A stretch of 64,000 nt of DNA, from the NCBI GenBank assembly GCA_002269645.1, contig NIVC01000361.1:62001-126000 (forward strand), in the 5' to 3' direction. The DNA is from Macrostomum lignano. Lineage: Eukaryota. The translations under genes and the position numbers were made by a program. The notes under the pieces are model-generated. The model was not told the origin of the DNA and did not search any database. It worked only from the letters and a program-made list of their open reading frames with translations. Below are positions 23,114 to 36,415 of this stretch, piece after piece. The first letter of the stretch is position 1. Each line of letters opens with the position of its first letter.

Positions 23114-26109
23114 TTCAGGAGCTTTCTACAGGAAAACTGAATGAGGTAAAATTCAAACAGCCAATATATAGGTGTACAATTATATTGGCTTGGACTGGAG
23201 GGTAAGCTCGTTCTTTATTAAGACCGAAGTCTGTCTGTCTGGGTTCCTTTCTGTTAGTCTAAGTGCGTTCCAATTCCGTTCCGACTGAGTGACACATACA
23301 CAGAGATCGGGTCAGAAAGTTCTATTTATATTGGGGGTAGTGCTGCACTTGCCTTGGTTTTTGAACACGAGAGGCGGGGTGAGACAACTGGGCTTATCTT
23401 GCCATATACACAGACGGGGCACGCATTATTATTAAAGCGAAATTTCAAGTCCAGCCGGTTATACTGAAGGGTATTATTATTATGGCAGCCAACCCCCGGG
23501 CGGCCAACCTCATTCCCCGCTAAACCTTTTTAGAGAGTGCAACGCAGGATTGGCCCGCCAAGGGGGGGGGGCGGAGTTGGGGCGGGGTTGTGCAACGTGT
23601 AACGAAAACGGAGTTGGGGTGGTGGGGGCTGGCTTGGACTGCAGAGGCCAGTGGTTTAGTTGGTTGGTTCAGTTATAAAAGACTGAAGAAGCAAGGAAGG
23701 CCCAATAGCAGATCAGTGGCAAATTTTGCATACTCTGCTTTAACAAGCCCGTTATTGGCCTCTTCAATTGAATATTGTCTACCTGTCTTGCCCGGCTCAT
23801 CAATCATCATGATCCGTCGCCTTTAGCTAGCTAGCAAGCTTAGCTCTTCATCTTCACCTCTTCACAAGCTTGCATCTGTCATTTACCGAGATTGAATTAG
23901 AAATTTGAAAGCTTCTTGAAGTCACATCTGATTATTACAATTTATTTCTTGTCGTTAATTAATAGAAAATTCATTTTTTTGAGAAAACGAATTTCTAAAA
24001 TAATAGCTAAAGCCGACAGACACGGTGGAAAATGTAATTTTAAAAAGTGGATTTTTAATTGCATTAAAATTTACTATTTAAGCCCTTGTATCCAGGAAAA
24101 CTAGGATTAGCGGGAAAATCGCCCCCTTTGCGCGCTCATTTTGTAATTAAAATTTGAGTCTCAGTCAGTAGTCACTCACTGCGGACTCACTGCAACTATA
24201 CTGCACCGTGTCCGTGTAACAGAAAGCCTTCTTTTGATTAATTTCCATTTCCAACTAGGGTGGGGCTCAGCAACCAAAAACAAGGTCGCAAGCGCATAAA
24301 GCGCACAAGAAAATCTGCCTAAGCAGCAATAGCGGCACATTGTTCTGTTGTTTGCATTGGCTTTTATTTAGCACAAGTACAGTCGAGCCCAGTGTGACTG
24401 CTGGGTGGAAATCGGAATGCATGCGATAAATATATTACTTTTTGTACTTTGCCCTTCGCTCTTAACATTCATTAACTAAGACTAATAAATGTGACCATTT
24501 TATAGGTTGCTGATAGCAAATAACTAATCAGTATGTTTAAAATTTAACTTGCCTATCTATAAACAAACAAGGCTTATATCCAGATAGAAAAATACGGGGT
24601 TATTTCACTTTCTATTTTGTACTGTGTAGCACACACATCAAGCTATGTACACCCAGACAACACAACTGTTGATAAGATAAGGGGGCTTGGCTTAGCCTTA
24701 GGGCGTTGGGGCTTGGTTAGAAAGATAATATAGCACTACTGGAATTTGGAGAGTAAAATAGCGTGCTGAACATGTGGGGTGGAACGCGCTGGGGTGCTTC
24801 GGAAGGCCTGGCCTGAACCTCACCAACCCCCCCGCCCCAGTGCATACAAAAGGTCAAAGAATGCCCAAGAATTGCGCAGCTAAGCAAAAAAACTTATGCA
24901 TGGCAATATTAGGCATGAAGTGGTGGATAAAAAGTCCTACTTATACAACTAATGTGAAAGGTCATTCCACGCTTACCAAAAAGTAAAACAGGCTTTATAG
25001 CTGATTCGGAAAGGCACTGCTGCACTTTAGCAGCTTAATATCTCCTCCCCCATGCTAGGCGCAGCTGCACATCTGACATCTCCGATACCAACAACCGTGG
25101 CAAAAGAACATGGCGCACTAGCAACAGGAAATAAATTTATAAATTTTCTTTTGCGAAGCAAACAGCTTGGATGGAACATAAAAGGTGAAGGCTGCTAATA
25201 TTACGTTAAAATATTTATAGTACATCAAAATCTGATATTCATAGGCAAAGAGAAAGAGAAAATTATTATCAACGGCTTCGATTTATGAATATTATTTGTA
25301 GAAATTGATACTATTGGATATTAGACAGGCCTAGAAGCCTCCGTCGGCTCGAGAGAAGTCAAAGTACATTATATATCTTATATGTATCCATATTATAGAT
25401 AAGCCAGAGATCGATGCATCGGAATAAGAGACTTTTATCAGCTGCTAGTTGATTGCAAATCGATCCCAAGGGAATATTTGGTTAGGGGTAGAGCATAGAG
25501 GAATGGAATCTGAATTTATAAGCATAGAATTAGTCTATCAAATATCCATCCATCAATATACGAGTACTATAGACGCGTGCTCAAGTTTCAGCACTCTTGA
25601 AAAGTATATACATATATATATTACGAGCGTAGATGCGACATAAATTTCTACGTTTCGTACAATTTCGGTAACCCGGATTTATATATTGTAATGTAAACGA
25701 TATGTACTCGTATACCTTTCGCATAAGCAAGGCAGCGCAGAGTTAAAACCAAGAGAGAGGAAGAGATGGAGATTCTATATTGATAAGAATGATTTGGAGA
25801 ATAAAAATTCTGAAAAAGTGTGCATGGGAAGTTGGAATTGGAAACCGTAACAGAAATATGTTGACTCATATAAAAGTACAAAGCTTCCATTTATTTGAGC
25901 TACTCAAATAGTAATGTTATATCGGGTCGGGCGGTTTGCTCAAACTACGAGTACTTTCTGGCGAATGTCGTAGAGAATGCTTTGAAAAATCCTCCAATCT
26001 TCACATTCCAAAAGTCGTTCGAAATCGGTTGGGGGTTCCGAAGAGTGCCTGGCATGCGTAATACTCGAAAAATTGGGGGGGGGGGGTGAAGAAGCCTAGG
26101 GTGGAAAAA

Positions 26110-27430
26110 GTTAATAAAATTTGGGAATGTGAAGAAGCTTGGAGTTGCAAATAGTGCCTGTATAATAAAATCGGGGGAATGTAAAGAAGCTTGGGGGTTG
26201 AAAATAGTCCCTGTGTAATAAAATCGGGGGAATGTGAAGAAGCTTAGAGTTGCAAATAGTCCCTGTATAATAAAATCGGGGGAATGTGAAGAAGCTTAGA
26301 GTTGCAAATAGTCTCTGTGTAATAAAATCGGGGGAATGTAAAGAAGCTTGGGGGTTGAAAATAGTCCCTGTGTAATAAAATCGGGGGGAATGTGAAGAAG
26401 CTTGGAGTTGCAAATAGTGCCTGTATAATAAAATCGGGGGAATGTAAAGAAGCTTGGGGGTTGAAAATAGTCCCTGTGTAATAAAATCGGGGGAATGTGA
26501 AGAAGCTTAGAGTTGCAAATAGTCCCTGTATAATAAAATCGGGGGAATGTGAAGAAGCTTGGAGTTGCAAATAGTGCCTGTATAATAAAATCGGGGGAAT
26601 GTAAAGAAGCTTGGGGGTTGAAAATAGTCCCTGTGTAATAAAATCGGGGGAATGTGAAGAAGCTTAGAGTTGCAAATAGTCTCTGTGTAATAAAATCGGG
26701 GGAATGTAAAGAAGCTTGGGGGTTGAAAATAGTCCCTGTGTAATAAAATCGGGGGAATGTGAAGAAGCTTAGAGTTGCAAATAGTGCCTGTATAATAAAA
26801 TCGGGGGAATGTAAAGAAGCTTGGGGGTTGAAAATAATCCCTGTATAATAAAATCGGGGGAATGTAAAGAAGCTTGGGGGTTGAAAATAGTCTCTGTGTA
26901 ATAAAATCGGGGGAATGTAAAGAAGCTTGGGGGTTGAAAATAGTCCCTGTGTAATAAAATCGGGGGAATGTGAAGAAGCTTAGAGTTGCAAATAGTGCCT
27001 GTATAATAAAATCGGGGGAATGTAAAGAAGCTTGGGGGTTGAAAATAGTCCCTGTGTAATAAAATCGGGGGAATGTGAAGAAGCTTAGAGTTGCAAATAG
27101 TGCCCGTATAATAAAATCGGGGGAATGTAAAGAAGCTTGGGGGTTGAAAATAATCCCTGTATAATAAAATCGGGGGAATGTAAAGAAGCTTGGGGGTTGA
27201 AAATAGTCCCTGTGTAATAAAATCGGGGGGAATGTGAAGAAGCTTGGGGGTTGAAAATAGTCCCTGTATAATAAAATCGGGGGAATGTAAAGAAGCTTGG
27301 GGGTTGAAAATAGTCTCTGTATAATAAAATCGGGGGAATGTGAAGAAGCTTGGGGGTTGAAAATAGTCCCTGTATAATAAAATCGGGGGAATGTGAAGAA
27401 GCTTGGGTTGAAAATAGTCCCTGTGTAATA
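26110..27430. repeat. 52/53-bp minisatellite with 105-bp dimer structure
   Basis: Alternating GTGAAGAAGCTT(A/G)GAGTTGC.. and GTAAAGAAGCTTGGGGGTTG.. units. Confidence 0.94.
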
Positions 27431-27617
27431 AATTACATGCACCTGGCTATGCTTCAAAAAGGAAAAATTCCTCCCAAAGTTATGTAAGTAGGAAAATTCG
27501 ACCTCAAATTGCAGAACTGGTCGAAGACTGAGAAGAAAGTCAAAGCTTATCATACAAGGGTGGCTAATTCAAGCAGCTCGAATTATCAGGATGTTAGAAT
27601 AGCCTGCACGTTGACGA

Positions 27618-27656
27618 CAAGGACTACTTAAGTATACGTTACTTTAGTCGTCCTTG
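27618..27656. mobile_element. 39-bp excision footprint of the same P-like family
   Basis: CAAGGACTACTTAAGTA + TACGT + TACTTTAGTCGTCCTTG flanked by exact 8-bp TSD GTTGACGA; each 17-mer has one mismatch to the MITE terminus. Confidence 0.85.
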
Positions 27657-28479
27657 GTTGACGACTTGTCTAAGCTCAACCTTGCAATTGTTTCTATAGC
27701 ATTTGGCGGGCAAAATTGCATGTAACATTAGCTGTTCTTTGAGCTTGCTCATCCCCCCCCCCAGAAGATGGGGAGTGAGGCGTTGGTTCATGCAGTGTTT
27801 TCCTTCTTTACCTCCGTATATTGTTAAAAATAGAATATTATTACAACACACAATGCCGACTGAGCATCAATGCATGAGGAGAGATTGTGATTATGAGCAG
27901 ATAATGAAGGAGACTGCTGCATGCTTCAATGAGAATTTACCTATTCAATCAATGTGTTAATGCAGATTAGCATAACTTCCAATAATAATATTACTAACCA
28001 TATATTCCCTTCCAATCAATAGAATCTAAGCCATAAAAAACGACAACAAAGGCTTTTTGATTAATTCTTTATTCTATAGTCACACCAAGAATGGTAAATA
28101 ATGTATAGAGTAAAAATTAATATACAATATGGGCATTGAATTCATTGCTCATTGCATGCTGCTATTGTTGTGCAGACGCAATTGCACTGCTGTTAGATGC
28201 TGGGATTCAATAGGATTTGAGTGCGTTCTCTCGCGCAGTCACATTTTCAACTCGTATTGCTGGGCTATACATTTTATTACTATACATATAGAATGCAATC
28301 GGTCCGAAGTGATGCGGGAAATGCCATCCCTGGGTGCAAATCAATCAACGACTGGATGAGAGTGAGGGGAATGCAGTTGAATTGAGATGAGAGAACACAC
28401 AGATTTGAGGGCATAAAACTGCGAAGGGAAGATAGGCGTCACGTCACAGCTGGTAGGAAGGGCCGGGGCATTAGAAACA

Positions 28480-28745
28480 GAGGGAGGGACAGGGAGAGAG
28501 GGAGAAAGGAGTAGAAGGAGAGAGAGATGGGGAGATTGGGAGAGATGGAGAGGTGGGGAAGAGAGAGGGAGAGGGATAGAAGGAGAGAGGGAGAGAGGGG
28601 GAGAGAGAAGGAGGGAGGGATAGAAGGAGAGAGGGAGAGAGGGGGAGAGAGACAAAGTAGAGCATAAGAAAGATAGGGGAGGAAGACTTCGGGATGAAAG
28701 AGAAGATGAATGGAGGAAGCAAGAGAAGATGCGGGAGAGCTAGGG
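28480..28745. repeat. GA-rich polypurine tract
   Basis: Near-pure purine run. Confidence 0.85.
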
Positions 28746-29679
28746 GCTGGAAGGGGGGATGAACCGATGCAGTGAGCAGTGTAGCGGCTATAGAAGCAAA
28801 ACAGATTCAATGCTCAAAGCAGCGCCTGAGCGGAAAGTAGCAGGATCTCGGGAAAGCAGGATTCTCTCGGGGCAGTAAATCGTTAAATTTTCTAGTGCGA
28901 CAGCGGATATGAGAGCACGGGCATGCAGATTTCAAGGTTTTTTTGAAAATTAGCTTGTCACAAAAACAAGCACGGGGGGCTCAGCTGGACTGGGCGAGGG
29001 CATATTAGTAGAAGCTTCTGAGTCCATCTCCTATAGCTCAAAGCAAAGGGGGGGCAGACTAATTTTGAGGCGCGCAGAGGAAAGAGGCACGGCAAAAAGG
29101 AAATCACGAGTAAGGAGGAGGAGGAGACAGAAACTCGAGAGGCTGCGCAGTCATCATCCCGCTTTGCACTTTTAAGCAGAGCCTGAGCAGTATTATTATT
29201 AGAACAGAGAGCATTGTGAGTAGCCCCCACCCCACCCCACAGCCCCAGTAAACAAGCTCGGCTTCCTGCAGGCAAGACGACTGAAAGCTTTAATCTGCTA
29301 CAGCTCGGAGCATTGGGGCGGATTTCGAGAGAATCCTTATCGATCCGCGGATTGCTGAAGGAGGGGAGGGGGCTTCTTGAAGAGAAAATTGAAACTGCAC
29401 AGCCGGTCACATGATTAACTGTTACTAGGACAAGATCTCCGCGCTTCCCTGTCCCATGGAGCAGGGTACATCCTGTCTACTAGCTCCTCTATACGAGTAT
29501 CTGTCCGCATGCAGCGCTCGCAGTGTTTGGCCCAGCTATTTATGAATATTCACAACATTAAGCTGCTTAAGTCTTCTTACACTGCAAAACTGCTATAGCA
29601 ACAGAAGACATGTGATTTCAATTTCATATCTCAAGTATTTGCTTTAAAAATCTAATATCAGAATCTCAGAAGCTTTCAG

Positions 29680-30870
29680 AATTTCTCATTCCTCTCAGAA
29701 TATCACTGTTTATCTTTCATTTCTCTGAGAATCTCACTGTTTATCTCCCATTTCTCTCAGAATCTCACGGTTATCTTCCATATCTCTCAGAATCTCACTA
29801 TTTATCTCCCATTTCTCTCAGAACCTCACTGTTTATCTTTCATTTCTCTGAGAATCTCACTGTTTATCTCCCATTTCTCTCAGAATCTCACGGTTATCTT
29901 CCATATCTCTCAGAATCTCACTATTTATCTCCCATTTCTCTCAGAACCTCACTGTTTATCTCGAATTTCTCTCAGAATCTCACTGTTTATCTCCCATTTC
30001 TCTCAGAATCTCACTGTTTATCTTCCATGTCTCTCAGAATCTCACTGTTTATCTTGCATTTCTCTCAGAATCTCATTGTTTATCTTCCATGTCTCTCAGA
30101 ATCTCACTGTTTATCTCGCATTTCTCTCAGAATCTCATTGTTTATCTTCCATGTCTCTCAGAATCTCACTGTTTATCTCCCATTTCTCTCAGAATCTCAT
30201 TGTTTATCTTCCATGTCTCTCAGAATCTCACTGTTTATCTTGTATTTCTCTCAGAATCTCATTGTTTATCTTCCATTTCTCTCAGAATCTCACTGTTTAT
30301 CTCGCATTTCTCTCAGAATCTCATTGTTTATCTTCCATTTCTCTCAGAATCTCACTGTTTATCTCGCATTTCTCTCAGAATCTCATTGTTTATCTTCCAT
30401 GTCTCTCAGAATCTCACTGTTTATCTCGCATTTCTCTCAGAATCTCATTGTTTATCTTCCGTCTCTGTTTATCTCCCGTTTCTTTCAGAATCCCACTGTT
30501 TATCTCGCATTTCTCTCAGAATCTCACTGTTTATCTTCCATGTCTCTCAGAATCTCACTGTTTATCTCGCATTTCTCTCAGAATCTCATTGTTTATCTTC
30601 CATGTCTCTCAGAATCTCACTGTTTATCTCACATTTCTCTCAGAATCTCATTGTTTATCTTCCATGTCTCTCAGAATCTCACTGTTTATCTCGCATTTCT
30701 CTCAGAATCTCATTGTTTATCTTCCATTTCTCTCAGAATCTCACTGTTTATCTCGCATTTCTCTCAGAATCTCATTGTTTATCTTCCATGTCTCTCAGAA
30801 TCTCACTGTTTATCTCGCATTTCTCTCAGAATCTCACTGTTTATCTTCCATGTCTCTCAGAATCTCACTT
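29680..30870. repeat. 31-bp minisatellite
   Basis: Unit TCTCTCAGAATCTCACTGTTTATCTCGCATT. Confidence 0.95.
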
Positions 30871-31439
30871 ATTTATCTCAATTGGAGTTCCATCAAAAGC
30901 TCAGCCATTCTACCTTAATTACCCGAACTTTTGGCATCAAACTCCCTTCGCTCATGCTACAGCAAGTTTTCCATGGTCTTATTTTTCGGAAGCTCAGGCA
31001 GTCTGGCTTCAATTATGCAGCTGTTCCTCGGAGTGGCACGCACAATGCACGCCAATACTATATTTATAATACATTTATTTACATGACTGTTTTTTTATAT
31101 TGAAATGCATTGTTTCTCACCGCCGTGTTGTTTCCTGGGGTCGCGCGAGTCGCATTACAGTCGCAATAATAATGTTTTGAGCACAGCAGAGAGATTAAAT
31201 CCGCCACCCCAGCCAAGAAATGTAATGCTCTATGCAATGCTCTAACTGACAATGGCGCAGATTAGGCAGAGAAAAATTCCAAATTCTTTGATTAGAACCC
31301 TGGATTGGGAAAGCTTGAAGAAAATAGAACACGACAGAATGTACTTTTAGTTCTAAACTGTTTTGCCAACTGAATAACTAATAATTTGCGTGTGATATTT
31401 TGTTTAAAAAAGGTGCAGGAGATCGCGAATGCCGATAAA

Positions 31440-31675
31440 TGACCCTCTTGCTATCATGGCGCCCCCTTTTGCTATCATGGCGCCCCTCTTGCTATCATGG
31501 CGCCCCCTCTTGCTATTATGGCGCCCCGTCTTGCTATCATGGCGCCCCGTCTTGCTATCATGGCGCCCCCTCTTGCTATCATGGCGCCCCGTCTTTCTAT
31601 CATGGCGCCCCGTCTTGCTTTCATGGCGCCCCGTCTTGCTATCATGGCGCCCCCTCTTGCTTTCATGGCGCCCCT
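31440..31675. repeat. 21-bp minisatellite (GGCGCC core)
   Basis: Unit ATCATGGCGCCCCGTCTTGCT. Confidence 0.94.
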
Positions 31676-32699
31676 CAGCAGATATCTAGCGCCTCTAAGT
31701 ACATATTTAGCGCCGCTAAGTAGACATGTAGCGCCTGGCTACGCATTTCGAATGAACAAAATCCTTTAATGCTAATAGCATGCCATTTAAAGCAGACGAG
31801 AGGCAGATACTAAAACTAATCAGTAGCAGCCTCTTCTACAGGCAGCACAAGCCGATCAGATGTAGGATCACGAATTCTTAAATATAGAGCAAAAGAGCTG
31901 TTGAAGAGCTTCTTTAGAAATTACCTACGCCCCTTTGCTGTTCCCCCGTCAGCCTTCCCGTTACCCATGCTAATTAGGGGTGCATCTTTGTAACACAGCT
32001 TTTGAGGCTTCGCGAATTTCTCTCCAGTTATCCCCATCATGCCGACCCGCCTGCCCCTGCGCATTGAACTTCGCGTGATGACCTTGCTATGAACCTACTT
32101 GTAGCAGAAAGTGATAGCAGCTTTATCTGCTATCTGCTATTATCGCCCGCACAGTGTCGCACTAGTTCAGAATGATGAAATAGAAACTGTTTATGAAAGC
32201 TATGTATACACATACATTGCGAGTACCAGAAATAGACGACAGGTAGAGAAGACATACTATCAATATTATTAGCCTAAGGACAACCACTCGTATGAAGTAT
32301 CTGGATTGGAAATTATTAGTCCTGTAGCAGGCTGATAGAGCTTTGGAATTAAAAAAATACAATATAGACAAAGGGCACCGACTTCTTGCCATGTGTGTGG
32401 CTTTCCAATCCATATTGGCTAATTCTAGAAATTCATGGCTCAGGCTGACCACCGGACTCCCTCTCACCCCTCCTAGCTATCTCTCTCTCTCTCTCTCTAG
32501 TGCAAAAAATACAATGACGTGACAAGCCTGTGAAGGTTTAGACTCTTATCTATTTATTAGTATTACTCATACTGTTTGGCGAACAAATTGCTAAAAAAAC
32601 AAAAAAACTGCACTTAATTTATGAGCAGGTTTTTTGTGTAGCTCACTAGCTGTTGCTGTGTTTCTCCATGCTACCGTCTGGCGACAGGGCGATTTTCAA

Positions 32700-33110
32700 T
32701 TGGGTTTCATGTCAGGGGGGCGCCAAACTTCTGCAGGGTGTCAGAGGGGCGCCAAACTTCTGCAGGGCGTCAGAGGGGCGCCAAACTTACTTAGGATGTC
32801 AGAGGGGCGCCAAACTTACATAGGATGTCAGAGGGGCGCCAAACTCATATAGGATGTCAGAGGGGCGCCAAACTTACTTAGGATATCAGAGGGACGCCAA
32901 ACTTACATAGGATTTCAGAAGGGCGCCAAACCTACATAGGATGTCAGGGGGCGCCAAACTTACATAGGATGTCAGAGGGGCGCCAAACTCATATAGGATG
33001 TCAGAGGGGCGCCAAACTTACTTAGGATTTCAGAAGGGCGCCAAACCTACATAGGATGTCAGGGGGCGCCAAACTTACATAGGACGTTAGAGGGGCGCCG
33101 AACCTACATT
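32700..33110. repeat. 29-bp minisatellite (GGCGCCAAA core) between GGCGATTTT/AAAATCGCC inverted ends
   Basis: Unit CAGAGGGGCGCCAAACTTACATAGGATGT. Confidence 0.93.
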
Positions 33111-33834
33111 GGATGTAAAAAATCGCCACAAGAGATGCGCCGGCAGAGCGCGGCAGGGCAATCCAGCCTCCTCCACCGTAACTGCATTGCCGCACTCACT
33201 GCCCAGTTGCAAAACAAAAGAAGAGAAGAAAAACAAAAAAGTTTGGAGAGGGTAGCTATAGTATAGCGTGCAAAACAGACTAGATAGATAGCATATTCAC
33301 ATAAAAATAAATAAAGAAGGCCCCGTCTATTGAGATGAACTGCAGTAAAAGTTTGAAAATTTGAAATTGGCATCTGACTAGAAGCTATAGCTATAAATCG
33401 CTTGAAACCGTTCGAAATGCGGAATATAGTTATTTTCTCATCATGTCGGCGCAGATGGACGGACGGACGGACGGGCGGTTGGAGCAATTTTGAATTTTTC
33501 GCTCTATAGATCGAGCCGCCGGGCCTTTAAAGCTGACTGACTAGCTGGGTTTCCAGGGAAAATGACCGGAAATACTAAAATGGAAAATTTTGCAATTTTC
33601 GGATGCATGCTTGTGCAGCAGTATTTGGGTATTAAGGATAGCATAAAGCCGGCTGCAGACTATTTCTATGCGGAATTGGTTTGAACTATTGCCCAAGAAT
33701 GTACAACTTTTATTGGGACTGGGAAATCGAATTTCCGCTTTCAGAATTCGAGATCAAGGATGGGTCGTTTGCAATCCAGGATACATCTTGAACGTAATGT
33801 CTTGGGCATTCCGTTTGAAGGCTTAAGATTCAGT

Positions 33835-34690
33835 GTTGGGATTTTAGGAATCGGGATTTCAGGGTTTGAGATTTCAGGGTTTGGGATTTCAGGCTTTGAG
33901 ATTTCAGGGTTTGGGATTTCAGGCTTTGAGATTTCAGGGTTTGGGATTTCAGGCTTTACAATTTCAGCTTTTGAGATTTCAGGGTTTGAGATTTCAGGGT
34001 TTGGGATTTTCGGGTTCGGGGTTTCAGGGTTTGGGATTTCAGGCTTTAAGATTTCAGGGTTTGGGATTTCAGGGTTTGGGATTTCAGGGTTTGATATTTC
34101 AGGCTTTGGGATTTCAGGCCTTGGGATTTCAGGCTTTGGTATTTCAGGCTTCAAGATTTCAGGGTTTGGGATTTCAGGCTTTGAGATTTCAGGGTTTGGG
34201 ATTTCAGGCTTTAAGATTTCAGGGTTTGGGATTTCAGGCTTTGAGATTTCAGGGTTTGGGATTTCAGGCTTTGAGATTTCAGAGTTTGGGATTTCAGGCT
34301 TTAAGATTTCAGGGTTTGGGATTTCAGGCTTTGAGATTTCAGGGTTTGGGATTTCAGGCTTTAAGATTTCAGGGTTTGGGATTTTCGGGTTTCGAATTTC
34401 AGGCTTTGGGATTTCAGGCCTTGGGATTTCAGGCTTTGGTATTTCAGGCTTCAAGATCTCAGGGTTTGAGATTTCAGGGTTTGGGATTTTCGGGTTTGGA
34501 ATTTCAGGCTTTGGGATTTCAGGCTTTGGGATTTCAGGCTTTGGGATTTCAGGCTTTGGGATTTCAGCCTTCAAGATTTCAGGGTTTGAGATTTCAGGGT
34601 TTGAGATTTCAGGGTTTAAGATTTCAGGGTTTGGGAATTCAGGAAGTTTGGGATTTTAGGAATCGGGATTTCAGGGTTTGGGATTTTAGG
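33835..34690. repeat. 15-bp G/T-rich minisatellite
   Basis: Unit ATTTCAGG(G/C)TTTG(G/A)G. Confidence 0.95.
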
Positions 34691-35524
34691 GTTTTGGTAG
34701 TTTCATTTTTTCGGGAATGTTCTGATGATTTATAATTCAAATGCGCCATCGGGTCCTTAAAAAATTCACTATAGCAATCAAGGAATTGATGTTACTTCTC
34801 AGCCCTCTTCTCTTCTTTCTCTTCTCTCGTCTTCTCTCCTTTATATCTCTCATCTTCTCTCTGATCTCATCTTCGCTTTCCTCTTCTCTGTCTCCTGTAT
34901 TCCCCTCTCCTCTACAGTTAAGCCGACTCCAGATTTAGATCAACGCACAATAGCTGGGGAGCAGGATGCAAACACAGCAGCATTAATCTGGAAACTGTAA
35001 AGCACAGATGGATGGCAGAAGTGCATTGGACAGGAATTTGGGCTAAGCTAACTAAGACCCTTGGACAGATACCCTCTCGCCTAAATGCGAGCCGGGCATT
35101 CCAGTCTGCACCCAGCCCGGTATCAATATTGCATTCCGCATATAGACTTTAGGCAAACAACCAATTCCTCATTTGGAAACCAAGCAAGGGGAAAAGCAAG
35201 CAAGCTGTGTCTTGTTGCACTTTTAGCGATCGGCCACAGTTGCTAGGCTGGGCTAGTCATACATTATAGAAGAAGGCCGACTGAGAGGGGGGTAGAGAGG
35301 GAAAGAGTGGAATTTGCACTGCAACAGCAGCCTTTCGGCACCCAAAAAGGCATTATATTATAACTTTTGTAGAAGACAAAATCCTCCATCCTTTTTAGGT
35401 TCCTAATTTAGCCCAATGCATTGAACTACTGGGCGGCTGCCCTCACACCAAATAGTTAAATAGGGGTCAAATGGGGATAGTGCAGATGCTGAAATGCCAA
35501 CCCTCATTTGGCCGTCCAATAATC

Positions 35525-36415
35525 ACCTCTGTCCAACAATCGCCCATTGGAAAATCGCTCCTGTCCAAGAATCGCCCATTGGAGAATTGCTTCTGTCCAA
35601 GAATCGCCCATTGGAGAATCGCTCCTGTCCAACAATCGCCCATTGGAGAATCGCTCCTGTCTAAGAATCGCCCATTGGAGAATCGCTTCTGTCCAAGAAT
35701 CGCCCATTGGAGAATCGCTCTTGTCCAAGAATCGCCCATTGGAGAATCGCTCCTGTCCAAGAATCGCCCATTGGAGAATCGCTCCTGTCCAAGAATCGCC
35801 CCTGCCAAGAATCGCCCATTGGAGAATCGCTCCTGTCCAAGAATCGCCCATTGGAGAATCGCTCCTGTCCAAGAATCGCTCCTGTCCAAGAATCGCCCAT
35901 TGGAGAATCGCTCCTGTCCAAGAATCGCCCATTGGAGAATCGCTCCTGTCCAAGAATCGCCCATTGGAGAATCGCCCCTGCCAAGAATCGCCCATTGGAG
36001 AATCGCTCCTGTCCAAGAATCGCCCCTGCCAAGAATCGCCCATTGGAGAATCGCCCCTGCCAAGAATCGCTCATTGGAGAATCGCTCCTGTCCAAGAATC
36101 GCCCCTGCCAAGAATCGCCCATTGGAGAATCGCTCCTGTCCAAGAATCGCCCATTGGAGAATCGCTTCTGTCCAACAATCGCCCATTGGAGAATCGCTTC
36201 TGTCCAAGAATCGCCCATTGGAGAATCGCTTCTGTCCAAGAATCGCCCATTGGAGAATCGCTTCTGTCCAAGAATGTCCAAGAATCGCCCATTGGAGAAT
36301 CGCTCCTATCCAAGAATCGCCCATTGGAAAAATCGCCCCTCTCTAAAAATCGTTCCTGTCCAAAATCGACCATTGGAGAATCGCCCACCCAAGAATCTCC
36401 TATTGGAAAAATCGC
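35525..36415. repeat. 32-bp (with 21-bp variant) minisatellite
   Basis: Unit AAGAATCGCCCATTGGAGAATCGCTCCTGTCC. Confidence 0.95.

Noticed and set aside
33741-34735. PEIPK pentapeptide-repeat 'protein' and its antisense ORFs
   Set aside because: A 15-bp minisatellite open on both strands; no splice context or non-repeat domain.
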